Shown here: positions 1-9,823 of the stretch, one piece after another
Layout of the letters: each line of letters starts with the position of its first letter
How positions within the stretch are numbered: the first letter of the stretch is position 1
DNA from: Patescibacteria group bacterium
Lineage (GTDB): Bacteria > Patescibacteriota > Dojkabacteria > J137
Length of the DNA stretch: 64,000 bases
Direction: 5' to 3'
Assembly: GCA_963169855.1 (NCBI GenBank)
Contig: CAUJCN010000002.1
Span: forward strand, 517,608 to 581,607
Notes under the pieces: generated by a model
What the model saw: only the letters and a program-made list of their open reading frames with translations
Database searches by the model: none
Told to the model about the DNA's origin: nothing
Position numbers and translations under genes: made by a program

Positions 1-42
1 TTGAAAGTTGGAAGAGAAGACGAGTCAGTAGAAATTGTTTAA
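1..42 (+). CDS. 3' end of an unidentified gene (partial)
   Basis: Frame 1 reads LKVGREDESVEIV* (TAA 40-42) and is followed by a terminator-like hairpin. Confidence 0.55.
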   Translation: MKVGREDESVEIV

Positions 43-52
43 TGGGTACAAG

Positions 53-104
53 AAAGATCCCGTTGTCACCCTGAGCGTAGTCGAAGGGTGCGGGATCTTT
101 TTTT
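53..104. terminator. Probable bidirectional intrinsic terminator with a palindromic element in its loop
   Basis: AAAGATCCCG (53-62) pairs with CGGGATCTTT (91-100), followed by a T-tract; lies between convergent genes. Confidence 0.75.
65..90 (+). repeat. REP-like palindromic element, copy 1 (intergenic)
   Basis: GTCA-CCCT-GAGC-GTAGT-CGA-AGGG-TG; same architecture as 3983-4009 and 57274-57296. Confidence 0.75.
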
Positions 105-106
105 GT

Positions 107-649
107 TTACTTCTTCTCCATGAACCTTTCAACCAAACCTCCAATCAACCAGTAACCCAAAAGGATTACAACACCCCAGAACAAAAGGGTATTCACATTA
201 TTGTAGATATCAGACTTCCAGTAATAATCAACTACTGTACATCTAATGTGGCAGAACAGTGTTCCATAGTTTGTAAGCTGTGCTGCAAGATTAATCATCA
301 TTCTTACGACTTCGTTAATCAAAAATAGTGGAATCAGAAGCCCTACAAAAGTGTTTACTGAGTTAATAGCAACATATCTAGCTACAGTTTTATCATTCTG
401 CAAAGCAACTGTTCTTCCTACGTAACCAACTAGCGAAGCAACCCCCATTACTAGAACTATAAATCCATAAATCATTACAATGATTCTTCCAGCATCTCCA
501 CCGCTATAAGCGACCATCGAGAAAACTGAGAATGCTAAGAATAAGAACATCAACCCTACTGTTTGTTTTACACCAATAAAGTTGTTAAACATTCTGTGTG
601 GTTTCGAGCCTTCTTTGAAAAATCTTCCGAATCTGCCTTTTGGGTTCAT
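107..649 (-). CDS. Hypothetical integral membrane protein (~4 TM)
   Basis: 180 aa ORF with four hydrophobic segments. Confidence 0.75.
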   Translation of the reverse strand: MNPKGRFGRFFKEGSKPHRMFNNFIGVKQTVGLMFLFLAFSVFSMVAYSGGDAGRIIVMIYGFIVLVMGVASLVGYVGRTVALQNDKTVARYVAINSVNTFVGLLIPLFLINEVVRMMINLAAQLTNYGTLFCHIRCTVVDYYWKSDIYNNVNTLLFWGVVILLGYWLIGGLVERFMEKK

Positions 650-666
650 AATATTTTTATTAATAA

Positions 667-849
667 TTAAGTTCTCGCTTTATACATAGAATTATCAATA
701 AATCTTACAAGAGACTTATTGGCCAATAGATTTGCGTAGTTAAGTTTATCGTCATTTGTAGATAATCCTACTTGCTCAACTAACGAAGCCTCTGGGAATT
801 CCATGATTTCGTAAGAACTAACGGGATTAGTCAAAATAGCACCATTCAT
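667..849 (-). CDS. Small hypothetical protein
   Basis: 60 aa ORF ending 17 bp upstream of the 107..649 gene on the same strand. Confidence 0.5.
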   Translation of the reverse strand: MNGAILTNPVSSYEIMEFPEASLVEQVGLSTNDDKLNYANLLANKSLVRFIDNSMYKART

Positions 850-962
850 ACAAGAATATCGTAACTATAGTTAGCATATCACGAATCTGTGAACAAGAAA
901 ACTGATCCGAAGCTCTTTACCTTGTAGAAAGAATCAATTAAAATCACCGTATTACCACACCA

Positions 963-1484
963 ATGATGTTGAAGTCACCTTCAAATTTCTCTCCATGGGG
1001 TATTACGCGTGTCGCAGCTAGAACTTTAACCTACTTATTCGCTGATGATGGTCCCACAGAAGTTATTTTTGATCTACCTTTGCAGGATCGGGAATGGTTC
1101 GCCCCACTTCATCTAAATGCGGTTAACGATTCTGATCACTATTACTTCCATAAGGTTTCTAGGACTATCGGAAGAAGTATTCAGTATTTTCCATCCTTAA
1201 AAGATCTATTGGAGAGGGGCTACTCCGAACAGTTATCGCAAATAGGAACTTTTTATCCCAATGTTGGTTCAACACAGCAATATTTAGAACACAAAGGCAT
1301 TTTTGCGTTTGTTCCCAAAATAGATATTATTTTTCGTGCTCAGAATGGCGATTCTTATACTCTAGAAAAAGGCAGTATAGTTACACCTTGTTTAGACACT
1401 TATTCTCTGGAGAAAATTGTTCAGTTGTTCGACCCTAGAATTGGAATGGTTCCAATTAACGATGCTCTGGATGCAGAACAGTAA
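963..1484 (+). CDS. Hypothetical protein
   Basis: 173 aa ORF, no recognised motif. Confidence 0.65.
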   Translation: MMLKSPSNFSPWGITRVAARTLTYLFADDGPTEVIFDLPLQDREWFAPLHLNAVNDSDHYYFHKVSRTIGRSIQYFPSLKDLLERGYSEQLSQIGTFYPNVGSTQQYLEHKGIFAFVPKIDIIFRAQNGDSYTLEKGSIVTPCLDTYSLEKIVQLFDPRIGMVPINDALDAEQ

Positions 1485-1564
1485 AATCTATTTCAAACCC
1501 ATTATTTCGGTAGATTTATTACAGGTAAACGATATATAATTCAGATAATATTAATCACACGTTT

Positions 1565-4402
1565 ATGCTTCCAGCAGGACCTTACGAACACAAACAATTT
1601 GAAAAAGAAATTTTAGACTTCTGGTTAGCAGGAGGTTACTACAGACCTGAATACTCACCAATTGCGGACTCGGTGATTTCTACAGAAGAAATGAAGAAAG
1701 ATTCAAGATTGCCTTGGTGTTTGATTTGTCCTCCACCAAACGCTTACGGAAGACCTCACATCGGAAACATTTCTGGTTACGCATACATGGATTCGATGGC
1801 TAGATACCAACGAATGAATGGAAAGAAAGTTTTAGTTCTCCCAGGAAAAGATCATGCTGGATTAGAAGGTGAGGGCGTTTTTGTTAGAGAAGTTTTGGAA
1901 AAACAAGGTCGAAATAAATTCGATATGAAGAGAGAAGAGTTCTATCAAGAAATGATGGAATTTAATTTCCAGAATATGGAGAAAGGACTTCAAGATGAGA
2001 AAAACATCGGCCTATCTGCGGATTTTTCGAGGAATACATTTACTCTTGATCCAGATATTGTAGATACAGTGTTGGAAACTTTTGTTCAGATGTACAAAAA
2101 GGACATGATTTATAAAGGCGTTAGAATTGTAAACTGGGATCCAAAAGCCAGAAGTGTTGTTGCCGATAATCAATGCGTTAGAGAAGAAAGGGACGGAAGT
2201 CTTTACTATATTAAGTACCCGATTGTTAGTTCTGACGAATCATTGACAGTAGCTACAACCAGACCAGAAACAATGTTTGGAGATACTGCTGTTGCTGTGA
2301 ATCCAAAAGATAAAAGATTTGCTAGTTTTATTGGAAAGACCGTACGAATTCCTCTTACAGACATAGAGATTCCAGTGATTTCTTCATTTAGGGTTTTAGA
2401 AGATTTTGGAACTGGAGCTTTAAAAATAACCCCAGCACATTCTCAAGATGACTATCAAATTATGATGGAGTGGAATAAAGAGAATACTGATAAAACAATT
2501 GGTTATCAAAATGTGATCGATAAAAGATTAACTCTAGTTGGCAAAACTCCAGAAAAATACAAAGGCAGAAAGTACAAAGAAGCAAAGGAAGAAATTTTGA
2601 AAGATCTTACAGAACAAGGATTCTTGGTAAAAGAAGAGAAGGTTAAGCAGAATGTGCTGATCGCTGAAAGAACAAAAGCATTGATTGAACCGTTAATGTC
2701 TTCTCAGTGGTATTTAAAATATGATTCAATCAAAGAAGAATCCAAGAAAATGGTAAACGATGGGAGAATCAATCTTTTCCCAGAAAGTATGGTAGATAAA
2801 TTCAATTTTTGGATGGATAACTTGAGAGATTGGGCTATTTCTAGAAGTTTATGGTGGGGCTACAGATTGCCAGTTTGGTATGCAGGAGAAGTTAAAGAGG
2901 AAATCGATGACAACGGAGAGGTTAGGGAATTGATTCGAACTTCTAATTTAACTCGAAAACTAAATTCTGAAGTAACAGTTGAACATGCAAGAGTTGAGGA
3001 TGCAGAAGCGATTCACCGAATCAATGTTGATGGGTGGCATGACAATTTTGTTGATGAAGCGGCTGGAGTGACATTAGAAAGAATTCAAAACGAATTTGGG
3101 AAAAGATACGATAACTCCGAAGCGATCGAGAAACATAAAGCTGATATTGTTAGCCCAAACTATAAATATCTTGTTGCAAAATCCAATGGGGAAGTAATCG
3201 GCTGGGCTATAACCGAAAATTTAAACATCGATGACACAAAATGGTTTGATGTTTACGTAGACCGAAATTGGAGAAGCAAAGGAATCGGATCAACACTTTT
3301 AGATGCGATGATTTCTGAACTTCCTGAGACAACTTTCCATTTGGCAGTTCCAGAGAAAAGCCCCGCTGTTAAATTTTACGAAAACTATGGTTTTGTCGAA
3401 TACGACAGGAATAGTGAAAATGAGTACGGACTTCCAATCATTCAGATGAAAAAGCTTCCCGAATGGGAAGAAGTTGAATACGGAAACGAAAATCACATTA
3501 AAGTTCAGCAAGATTCTCCAGGAGAAGGATGGATTCAAGACGAAGATGTTTTGGATACTTGGTTTAGTTCTGGACAGTGGGTTTATGCGACTTTAAAGAA
3601 ATACGATCTTATGGATACATTCTTCCCATCAGACGTAATGGTTTCTGGATTCGATATCCTTGAAAACTGGATTTCTAGAATGATTATGTTCACTTATTTC
3701 CACGAGGGAAAAGAACCATTCAAAAATGTTTACCTTACTGGATTAGTACAAGGTACTGATGGACAGAAAATGTCTAAGTCGAAAGGAAATATGATCGACA
3801 TGGATAAAATCGTTGCAGAATATGGAACAGATGCAGTTAGACTTGCTTATTTCTACCAAAATTCAGCTGGAGCTTCTTATTCAATCACTCCTGAAAAGTT
3901 GAAAAACTTTAGAGGATTCTTAAACAAAATCTGGAACGCATCTAAGTTTGTTCTAAACAACGAACAGTACATTGATCAAAGTGTCATATTGAGCCTGTCG
4001 AAATATGACATCGATAGCTTGAAATTAGATTTATCTAAAAAAGTTTTAACTCACATAAACGAAGTAAATATTCACATCACTGAAAATATTGAAAAGTATC
4101 AATTAGGATTAGCAACATTTAACTTGTACCAGGAATTCTGGCATACATATTGCGATATTTTGATCGAAGAATCAAAAGAATATTTGTGGGATAAAAAAGA
4201 TAAAGAAACTGGAGCGATTATTAGTTCTCCAAAGGCAGAAGACAGAGCAGAGGTTTCTACTGTGATGATATTCGCTTTGAAATCATATTTAAAATTGTTA
4301 CATCCATTCATTCCGTTCATTACTCAAACTATTTGGAACGAAGTTCCAAAGGACGAAACTGACCATAAAGTTTTGATGTATAGCCAGTGGAATGTAAAAT
4401 AA
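1565..4402 (+). CDS. valS: Valine--tRNA ligase with inserted GNAT domain
   Basis: PPPN..HIGN, DHAG, ATTRPETMFGDTAVAVNP, DWAISRSLWWG, DVLDTWFSS, KMSKS; GNAT-like insert at ~2972-3454; no C-terminal coiled coil. Confidence 0.95.
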   Translation: MLPAGPYEHKQFEKEILDFWLAGGYYRPEYSPIADSVISTEEMKKDSRLPWCLICPPPNAYGRPHIGNISGYAYMDSMARYQRMNGKKVLVLPGKDHAGLEGEGVFVREVLEKQGRNKFDMKREEFYQEMMEFNFQNMEKGLQDEKNIGLSADFSRNTFTLDPDIVDTVLETFVQMYKKDMIYKGVRIVNWDPKARSVVADNQCVREERDGSLYYIKYPIVSSDESLTVATTRPETMFGDTAVAVNPKDKRFASFIGKTVRIPLTDIEIPVISSFRVLEDFGTGALKITPAHSQDDYQIMMEWNKENTDKTIGYQNVIDKRLTLVGKTPEKYKGRKYKEAKEEILKDLTEQGFLVKEEKVKQNVLIAERTKALIEPLMSSQWYLKYDSIKEESKKMVNDGRINLFPESMVDKFNFWMDNLRDWAISRSLWWGYRLPVWYAGEVKEEIDDNGEVRELIRTSNLTRKLNSEVTVEHARVEDAEAIHRINVDGWHDNFVDEAAGVTLERIQNEFGKRYDNSEAIEKHKADIVSPNYKYLVAKSNGEVIGWAITENLNIDDTKWFDVYVDRNWRSKGIGSTLLDAMISELPETTFHLAVPEKSPAVKFYENYGFVEYDRNSENEYGLPIIQMKKLPEWEEVEYGNENHIKVQQDSPGEGWIQDEDVLDTWFSSGQWVYATLKKYDLMDTFFPSDVMVSGFDILENWISRMIMFTYFHEGKEPFKNVYLTGLVQGTDGQKMSKSKGNMIDMDKIVAEYGTDAVRLAYFYQNSAGASYSITPEKLKNFRGFLNKIWNASKFVLNNEQYIDQSVILSLSKYDIDSLKLDLSKKVLTHINEVNIHITENIEKYQLGLATFNLYQEFWHTYCDILIEESKEYLWDKKDKETGAIISSPKAEDRAEVSTVMIFALKSYLKLLHPFIPFITQTIWNEVPKDETDHKVLMYSQWNVK
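3982..4010 (+). repeat. REP-like palindromic element, copy 2 (in frame inside valS)
   Basis: TGTCATATT-GAGCCTGTCGA-AATATGACA, perfect 9-bp stem; translated as VILSLSKYD. Confidence 0.75.
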
Positions 4403-4405
4403 AGT

Positions 4406-4870
4406 ATGGTCAAATCTGCGGGAGTTTTATTATTCAGAACTAAGAATAAAGAGCTGGAAGTTTTTCTAGTTCATCCTGGTGGTCCATTTTTTGCAAAACG
4501 AGACAATGGAATTTGGTCTATTCCAAAAGGTGGAATCGAAGAAGGTGAATCTGATTTGGATGCTGGGAAAAGAGAATTATGGGAAGAAACGAGTCTTCAT
4601 TTGGAAGACGAACCTGAAACTAAATTCTTAGACTTAGGAACAATAAAATATTCTTCTGGAAAACAACTTCATTTTTTTGCCTTTGAATACAACGACGAAA
4701 TTGATTTCAAATCAATTACCACTTTTATAGAATTCCCTTACAAATCTGGAACTAAAATTGAAATTCCAGAAAACGACCAAGGTGGATGGTTTACTATTCA
4801 AGAAGCATTAGTTAAATTAAACAAAACTCAAGCTACAGTTTTACCTCGACTTCTAGATCTACTTAAATAG
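4406..4870 (+). CDS. NUDIX hydrolase (predicted NTP pyrophosphohydrolase type)
   Basis: SAGVLLFR..LVHPGGPFF..WSIPKG and Nudix box GGIEEGESDLDAGKRELWEETS. Confidence 0.9.
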   Translation: MVKSAGVLLFRTKNKELEVFLVHPGGPFFAKRDNGIWSIPKGGIEEGESDLDAGKRELWEETSLHLEDEPETKFLDLGTIKYSSGKQLHFFAFEYNDEIDFKSITTFIEFPYKSGTKIEIPENDQGGWFTIQEALVKLNKTQATVLPRLLDLLK

Positions 4871-5876
4871 ATTTGTTTGGTTTAGGTGGAATTGAAGGTG
4901 GTGGAGGCATTTGCGATCCTCCAGGTTTTCTATTTGTAAAAGGTGGAATCATTGTTGGAGGAGCCATTGGAGGAACTACAGGATTCTCCGATTCAAGTCG
5001 AACTTCGATTGGTTTAGTTTCCTCTTGTGGATTTAGTATAGAATCAAGTTCTTTAAGTAACTCTCCAAATACTTCGCTTTGATAACGAGTAGAAAACGAC
5101 CCTGGCTTTGCTTTTGATTGAGATTCCACATAATTGCGTATTCTTTCTCTTACTGCCAAATTCTGTTCAAAATTTGATTTAGCAAAGTTGTTCTTCAAAG
5201 CATCTAGAATATATTTTATCGCTAAATTTGAAGGGTTCACTCCATCAACTTGCTCAAGAGAAGTGAGAAGAACATCGATGTTTCTTACATTATCACCCTG
5301 ATTTAGTGAATTAATGAATCTGAAAAGATCGAAAATTCGTGTTTGATAAGCAACTTCTCTTCTCTTAACAAGTTCTTGCTCACCTTTAAATTCTTCTTTC
5401 GTGACCTGTTCTAATATTATCCCAACTAACTTTCTTACACCTGTCGATTCTGGGGAATTTTCTGATTCAATGACTTCATCGACACCTGCAACGTTACCTT
5501 GGGATATTTGGTCATTAATTGCATGAATACTTTTTCCAATTTCAGTGTATAAGTATTTACCCGTTTTACTTGTAGTAGCGTAATATTCTTTTTCGCACCA
5601 GACCATTAACTCGTCTCGTTGGATTTTGGTCAATCGTAAAAGCAATCCCCTTACTTTGTTGAACAAGAATTGAATTAATCGATGACTTTTATCGAAAGAG
5701 TTTTCTATTCTCGGCAAATAATTCACAACTTCCTTAAGCGTTTCGTACCCATCGAAGCCTTTCGCTTCAAATAATTCTCCAAAAAAGCCTTCTAATTGAA
5801 TAGGCGTAGCAACTTCCAATCGTCTAAAGATTACACTGATATCTCCGTTTTTCGGCTGGTCTACCCTTGGGTTCAT
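4863..5876 (-). CDS. Hypothetical helical protein with proline-rich C-terminus
   Basis: 337 aa ORF ending PPMAPPTMIPP..PPPPSIPPKP. Confidence 0.8.
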   Translation of the reverse strand: MNPRVDQPKNGDISVIFRRLEVATPIQLEGFFGELFEAKGFDGYETLKEVVNYLPRIENSFDKSHRLIQFLFNKVRGLLLRLTKIQRDELMVWCEKEYYATTSKTGKYLYTEIGKSIHAINDQISQGNVAGVDEVIESENSPESTGVRKLVGIILEQVTKEEFKGEQELVKRREVAYQTRIFDLFRFINSLNQGDNVRNIDVLLTSLEQVDGVNPSNLAIKYILDALKNNFAKSNFEQNLAVRERIRNYVESQSKAKPGSFSTRYQSEVFGELLKELDSILNPQEETKPIEVRLESENPVVPPMAPPTMIPPFTNRKPGGSQMPPPPSIPPKPNKSI

Positions 5877-6238
5877 ATGAATGGCTTTGTATTTAACTGT
5901 ATTTTTCTTTGATCAAAAAGAGCTACGATTTTTTGCCTCTTCTCCTCTAATGTAGGAACTGCAAAATTGAATCCTTTAATTTTTCTAGCGAAAATATCCA
6001 CGGTCTGTTCAAGAAGTTTGCCGGAATTGAAGACCTCTACAATCTTATCCATAATCTGCATTGTATAAGGAGATCTTGTTTCTTCGCTAAGTTCTAAAAA
6101 ATCAAAAAGTTTGTACAATTTTTGCTCATCGTTAGCACCTCGTTGCTCCATCACAACATCAAATGCAGTAAAGTTTAATGCTTGATCAGTTGGATTTTTA
6201 ATTAATTCTTCTAAAGCGGATTCTCCTGTTGCTGACAT
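5873..6238 (-). CDS. Hypothetical protein
   Basis: 121 aa ORF; ATGA overlap with the downstream gene. Confidence 0.75.
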   Translation of the reverse strand: MSATGESALEELIKNPTDQALNFTAFDVVMEQRGANDEQKLYKLFDFLELSEETRSPYTMQIMDKIVEVFNSGKLLEQTVDIFARKIKGFNFAVPTLEEKRQKIVALFDQRKIQLNTKPFI

Positions 6239-6360
6239 AAGTTTTAGTTAAGTGATATACATTATAATACCATTACCTGAATAGTTTTTCTAAATTTGTA
6301 TTACAAAGCAAAGATTTTCTGAAGATAATTTTGTAGAATGACAATATTTACAAATAGACA

Positions 6361-7893
6361 ATGGAAAATACAAGCACTACAACGGAAGAAGTAAAAAATG
6401 ATAATGTTGAGACTCCAAAAGAGCCTACAGTGGAAGTTAAAACTGAATCAAAGTTTCAAAAATTTAAAAGAAAATTTAAGAGTTTCGCAAAAACTAGAAA
6501 AGGAAAAATCGTGTTAGGGGTGGGAGGAATTTTAACTGTTGGCTCAGTAATAGGATTGGTGTTATTGTTGAGTAAAAAGCCTGGAGCTCAAGAACCTAAT
6601 ATTCAAGTCTCAGAAACAATTGCTTCAGATAAAATTTATGATAACTACGATTTTGTTTACTCAAGTGAGGACACAAGATTAATTGCGACAACTTATGATG
6701 GAGCAAAGCAACTTGAACTTGTTATAGGTGAAGCTAAGATTTTAGACTACATAATTTCTCCAGATAAACGAAAAATTACTTACGTCCTTTCTGATGTAAA
6801 TTATAAAAATAAAATTACTTCGCCAAATGTTGATATAACAAAATTCAATTTCTATCCTGTTGGCTTTAGTATTTATCAATTAGATTTAGAAACTGGAGAT
6901 AATAGCTTGATTTGGTCTAGGGATAGAATAGAGCTACCAGCTACGAATCAACGACTATACAAACAAAAAGAAGTAATTCTCCCTGACAGCTACGCGATTG
7001 GATATGACTGGAATGGAATGCCATACAGTTACCCTGTAAGTTATTCCGAATTTATTGACGATATCGAGGGTGGGTACATTAGTACCTATTTGCCTTACGA
7101 CTTATCTATGTTATTGACGAGAGGTGATATTAGACTAATAAATTACAGCGACACTGGCGCGTCTATCTTGTTCCTTGCCGAAAGTAAGTTGTTTTCATTT
7201 AGCAATACTTCAGAAACTCTCGCAGAAATTTCTGGAGAAGAACAGATTAATAATTGTTTCCCAGGATACTTAAGGTTTTTCAGCAATATTATCTTTCACC
7301 ATACTCAATGCGGAACTACAATCTTTAGTGTCACGAACAATTCACTGGCAAAATATTCTGGGTTGCAAGTAAACAATGGGGAGTTAAAACCTTTGCAAGC
7401 TACTACTCAGGGAAACCTTTTAGCTGAAGTAAATTACTATGGCTATCCTAGACAATCCCCAGACAGTTTGAACTTTGTAAATCTTTCAACAAATTCTATA
7501 AACAAAATCCAAGATCTTGCGGACGAAGATTCAGCAAAAGAGCTTGAAGTCATAAGATCAGAAAACATTTACACAATCCTTGCTAGCGACATTACTGAAC
7601 CTTCTGGACAAATCGTAAACCAAAATATTAAGTTAATGAAATACAATGCAGATTCTAATTTGTTTGAGGTAGTATCAACTTTGATTCTACCTGCAGATGC
7701 TGGGAATCTAATTTACGATGAATCTACAAACTCTCTTACCTTTTTTATTACCTATCGTTCAACTAGTCAGGTGATAATTGAGTATAAAACGGTAAATCTA
7801 GAAACTATGAAAGAGACTTTGCTATCGACTACGAAAGCTCCTTCAGATTCTGTACTAGTGTATAGACCTAAACTGTTAGGATTAAGAAACTAA
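6361..7893 (+). CDS. Membrane-anchored extracellular protein, possible TolB-like beta-propeller
   Basis: Single N-terminal TM after a basic stretch; ISPDKRKITY propeller-type motif; beta-rich composition. Confidence 0.7.
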   Translation: MENTSTTTEEVKNDNVETPKEPTVEVKTESKFQKFKRKFKSFAKTRKGKIVLGVGGILTVGSVIGLVLLLSKKPGAQEPNIQVSETIASDKIYDNYDFVYSSEDTRLIATTYDGAKQLELVIGEAKILDYIISPDKRKITYVLSDVNYKNKITSPNVDITKFNFYPVGFSIYQLDLETGDNSLIWSRDRIELPATNQRLYKQKEVILPDSYAIGYDWNGMPYSYPVSYSEFIDDIEGGYISTYLPYDLSMLLTRGDIRLINYSDTGASILFLAESKLFSFSNTSETLAEISGEEQINNCFPGYLRFFSNIIFHHTQCGTTIFSVTNNSLAKYSGLQVNNGELKPLQATTQGNLLAEVNYYGYPRQSPDSLNFVNLSTNSINKIQDLADEDSAKELEVIRSENIYTILASDITEPSGQIVNQNIKLMKYNADSNLFEVVSTLILPADAGNLIYDESTNSLTFFITYRSTSQVIIEYKTVNLETMKETLLSTTKAPSDSVLVYRPKLLGLRN

Positions 7894-8873
7894 AACTTCT
7901 TGTACCACTCATTCATAGAAGTAATTACATCTTCTATTGAATGTTCAGCTTTCCAGTTGAGCAGTGTATTAGCTTTTGTTGGGATTGTAATTGCTTTCCC
8001 AACATCGCTTGGTCTTCGAGGTGCAATCTTATACTGGAAATCTTTATCTACAATTTCTTTAAACTTCTCCATTATTTCTAAAACTGAATAACCAGTTCCT
8101 GTTCCTAAATTAAAAACATTAAATCCAGGATTATTTTGCATATACTCAATTGCTTTTAAATGGGCAGAGCACAAATCAATTACGTGAATGTAGTCTCGAA
8201 TTCCGCTTCCATCTGGAGTATCGAAGTCTGTTCCAAAAACTGAAAATTCTGTTGGTTTTATTTTGTAATATGATAGAAACAAAGCTGCAAAAATACTTGT
8301 GTTTGTTGTAGATGGATCTCCAATTGATCCGTCCATTGCGTTGCCACAAACATTAAAATACCTTAAGGCAGTTGCGTTCAATCCAAATGCTTGATTCGAA
8401 TATTCTAAAAGTTTTTCGCAAGCTAGTTTCGAATATCCATACGGAGCAGTAGGTTCTGTAGGAGATTCTTCTGAAAGCACTCCTGTTTCGCTGAATTTAT
8501 AGACATTTGCAGTAGAAGAGAATACAAAATTTTTAATTCCCTTTTCCTTGGCAAACTTTACAAGATTGGTTGTTCCGCCAATATTGTTGTCGTAATATTT
8601 TTCTGGAAATTCTACCGATTCTGGAATTGATTTTAACGCGGCAAAATTGATAATCGCATCTAGTTCAACATCAATTTTCAATAAGTCTTCATCATTTCTA
8701 ATATCCAATTGCTCAAACCTGAATTCACCGTATTTTTTTCTAAGCGAATCAATATTTTTTAAATCGGATGTCGATAAGTTGTCTATAACAAATGGTGTGT
8801 GACCTTTTTCTAAGAGTAGAGCAACCATATGAGATCCGATGTAACCCGCACCTCCAGCAACAAGAATATTCAT
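7890..8873 (-). CDS. galE: UDP-glucose 4-epimerase
   Basis: GGAGYIGSH, YGYSK, LRYFN, TPDGSGIRDYIHV, FNLGTGTGYSV. Confidence 0.95.
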   Translation of the reverse strand: MNILVAGGAGYIGSHMVALLLEKGHTPFVIDNLSTSDLKNIDSLRKKYGEFRFEQLDIRNDEDLLKIDVELDAIINFAALKSIPESVEFPEKYYDNNIGGTTNLVKFAKEKGIKNFVFSSTANVYKFSETGVLSEESPTEPTAPYGYSKLACEKLLEYSNQAFGLNATALRYFNVCGNAMDGSIGDPSTTNTSIFAALFLSYYKIKPTEFSVFGTDFDTPDGSGIRDYIHVIDLCSAHLKAIEYMQNNPGFNVFNLGTGTGYSVLEIMEKFKEIVDKDFQYKIAPRRPSDVGKAITIPTKANTLLNWKAEHSIEDVITSMNEWYKKF

Positions 8874-8951
8874 AAAAGAAATTTAATCTAAACCAAAGTT
8901 TATCATGAACTGATACCTATTATAAAAATTCCTACTGGGAACTGAATCTTG

Positions 8952-8960
8952 ATGTATAAT
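8952..8960 (+). promoter_or_regulatory. -10 box of the glycan operon, probably leaderless
   Basis: TATAAT at 8955-8960, 8 nt before the wzm ATG. Confidence 0.6.
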
Positions 8961-8968
8961 AAATTGAT

Positions 8969-9820
8969 ATGAAAAATGATGTTAGTGTATACGAACCCAA
9001 TCAAAGATTAAAGACTGGAATCCTTTCTTCGTACATAATGATGATTCGGAACATAGTTGCCTCGAGAGAGCTTATCTATCAGCTATTCAGAAGGGACTTT
9101 GTGTTAGCTTATAAAAAATCATTTTTGGGATTCAGCTGGGTGTTGATATCTCCTATAGTCGGAATTCTTTCTTGGCTACTACTTAATGGAACTGGTGTTT
9201 TAAATCCTGGAGATTTACCAATTGATTTTGCACCTTACGTTTTACTTACATCATCGCTTTGGGGATTGTTTATGGGATTTTACTCCTCTGCACAAGCAAC
9301 TTTGGATGCTGGAAGCGGATTTATTAATCAGGTAAAATTCCCTCACGAAGCACTTTTGGTAAAGCAGACAGCTCAGCATTTAGCAAACTTCTCACTCACA
9401 TTTTTGGTAAGCGTTGTTACTTTGCTAATTTTTGGAATCGTTCCTAATATTACTATTGTTCTTTTCCCAATTGTGATTCTTCCATTATTCTTCTTAGGAG
9501 GAGGAATTGGGTTAGTGATGTCTGTTATCAATGTTGTTACACCAGACTTTGTTAGATTCTTTGGGGTATTTTTAGGTTTTGTTTTTTATGCAACACCAAT
9601 TATTTATTCTCCTAATATCGAAAATCCCCTATTACAGTCCTTAATCCAGATTAATCCACTTACTTATTTGATTGGTGCTGCTAGGGACATTATAGTTAGT
9701 GGAAGCATTGGAAACATTGATAGATTTTTAGCCACTAGTATAGTTTCCTTTGTAATATTCTTAATCTCTCTCAGATTGTTTTTTGTTTCAGAGGATAAAG
9801 TTATCGAAAGAATGATTTAA
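8969..9820 (+). CDS. wzm: Polysaccharide ABC exporter permease
   Basis: RDFVLAYKKSFLGFSWVLISP, FYATPIIY, INPL; ~6 TM. Confidence 0.9.
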   Translation: MKNDVSVYEPNQRLKTGILSSYIMMIRNIVASRELIYQLFRRDFVLAYKKSFLGFSWVLISPIVGILSWLLLNGTGVLNPGDLPIDFAPYVLLTSSLWGLFMGFYSSAQATLDAGSGFINQVKFPHEALLVKQTAQHLANFSLTFLVSVVTLLIFGIVPNITIVLFPIVILPLFFLGGGIGLVMSVINVVTPDFVRFFGVFLGFVFYATPIIYSPNIENPLLQSLIQINPLTYLIGAARDIIVSGSIGNIDRFLATSIVSFVIFLISLRLFFVSEDKVIERMI

Positions 9821-9823
9821 ATT

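Noticed and set aside
35-328. 97-aa + strand ORF
   Set aside because: Runs through the terminator/repeat and is antisense to the 180-aa membrane protein; shadow ORF
2972-3454. Intein in valS
   Set aside because: No C/S start, HN-C/S/T end or LAGLIDADG motifs; the insert has GNAT motifs
7826-7840. TCGACTACGAAAGCTC as a further copy of the palindromic element
   Set aside because: Spacing differs and there are no complementary arms or GTCA foot
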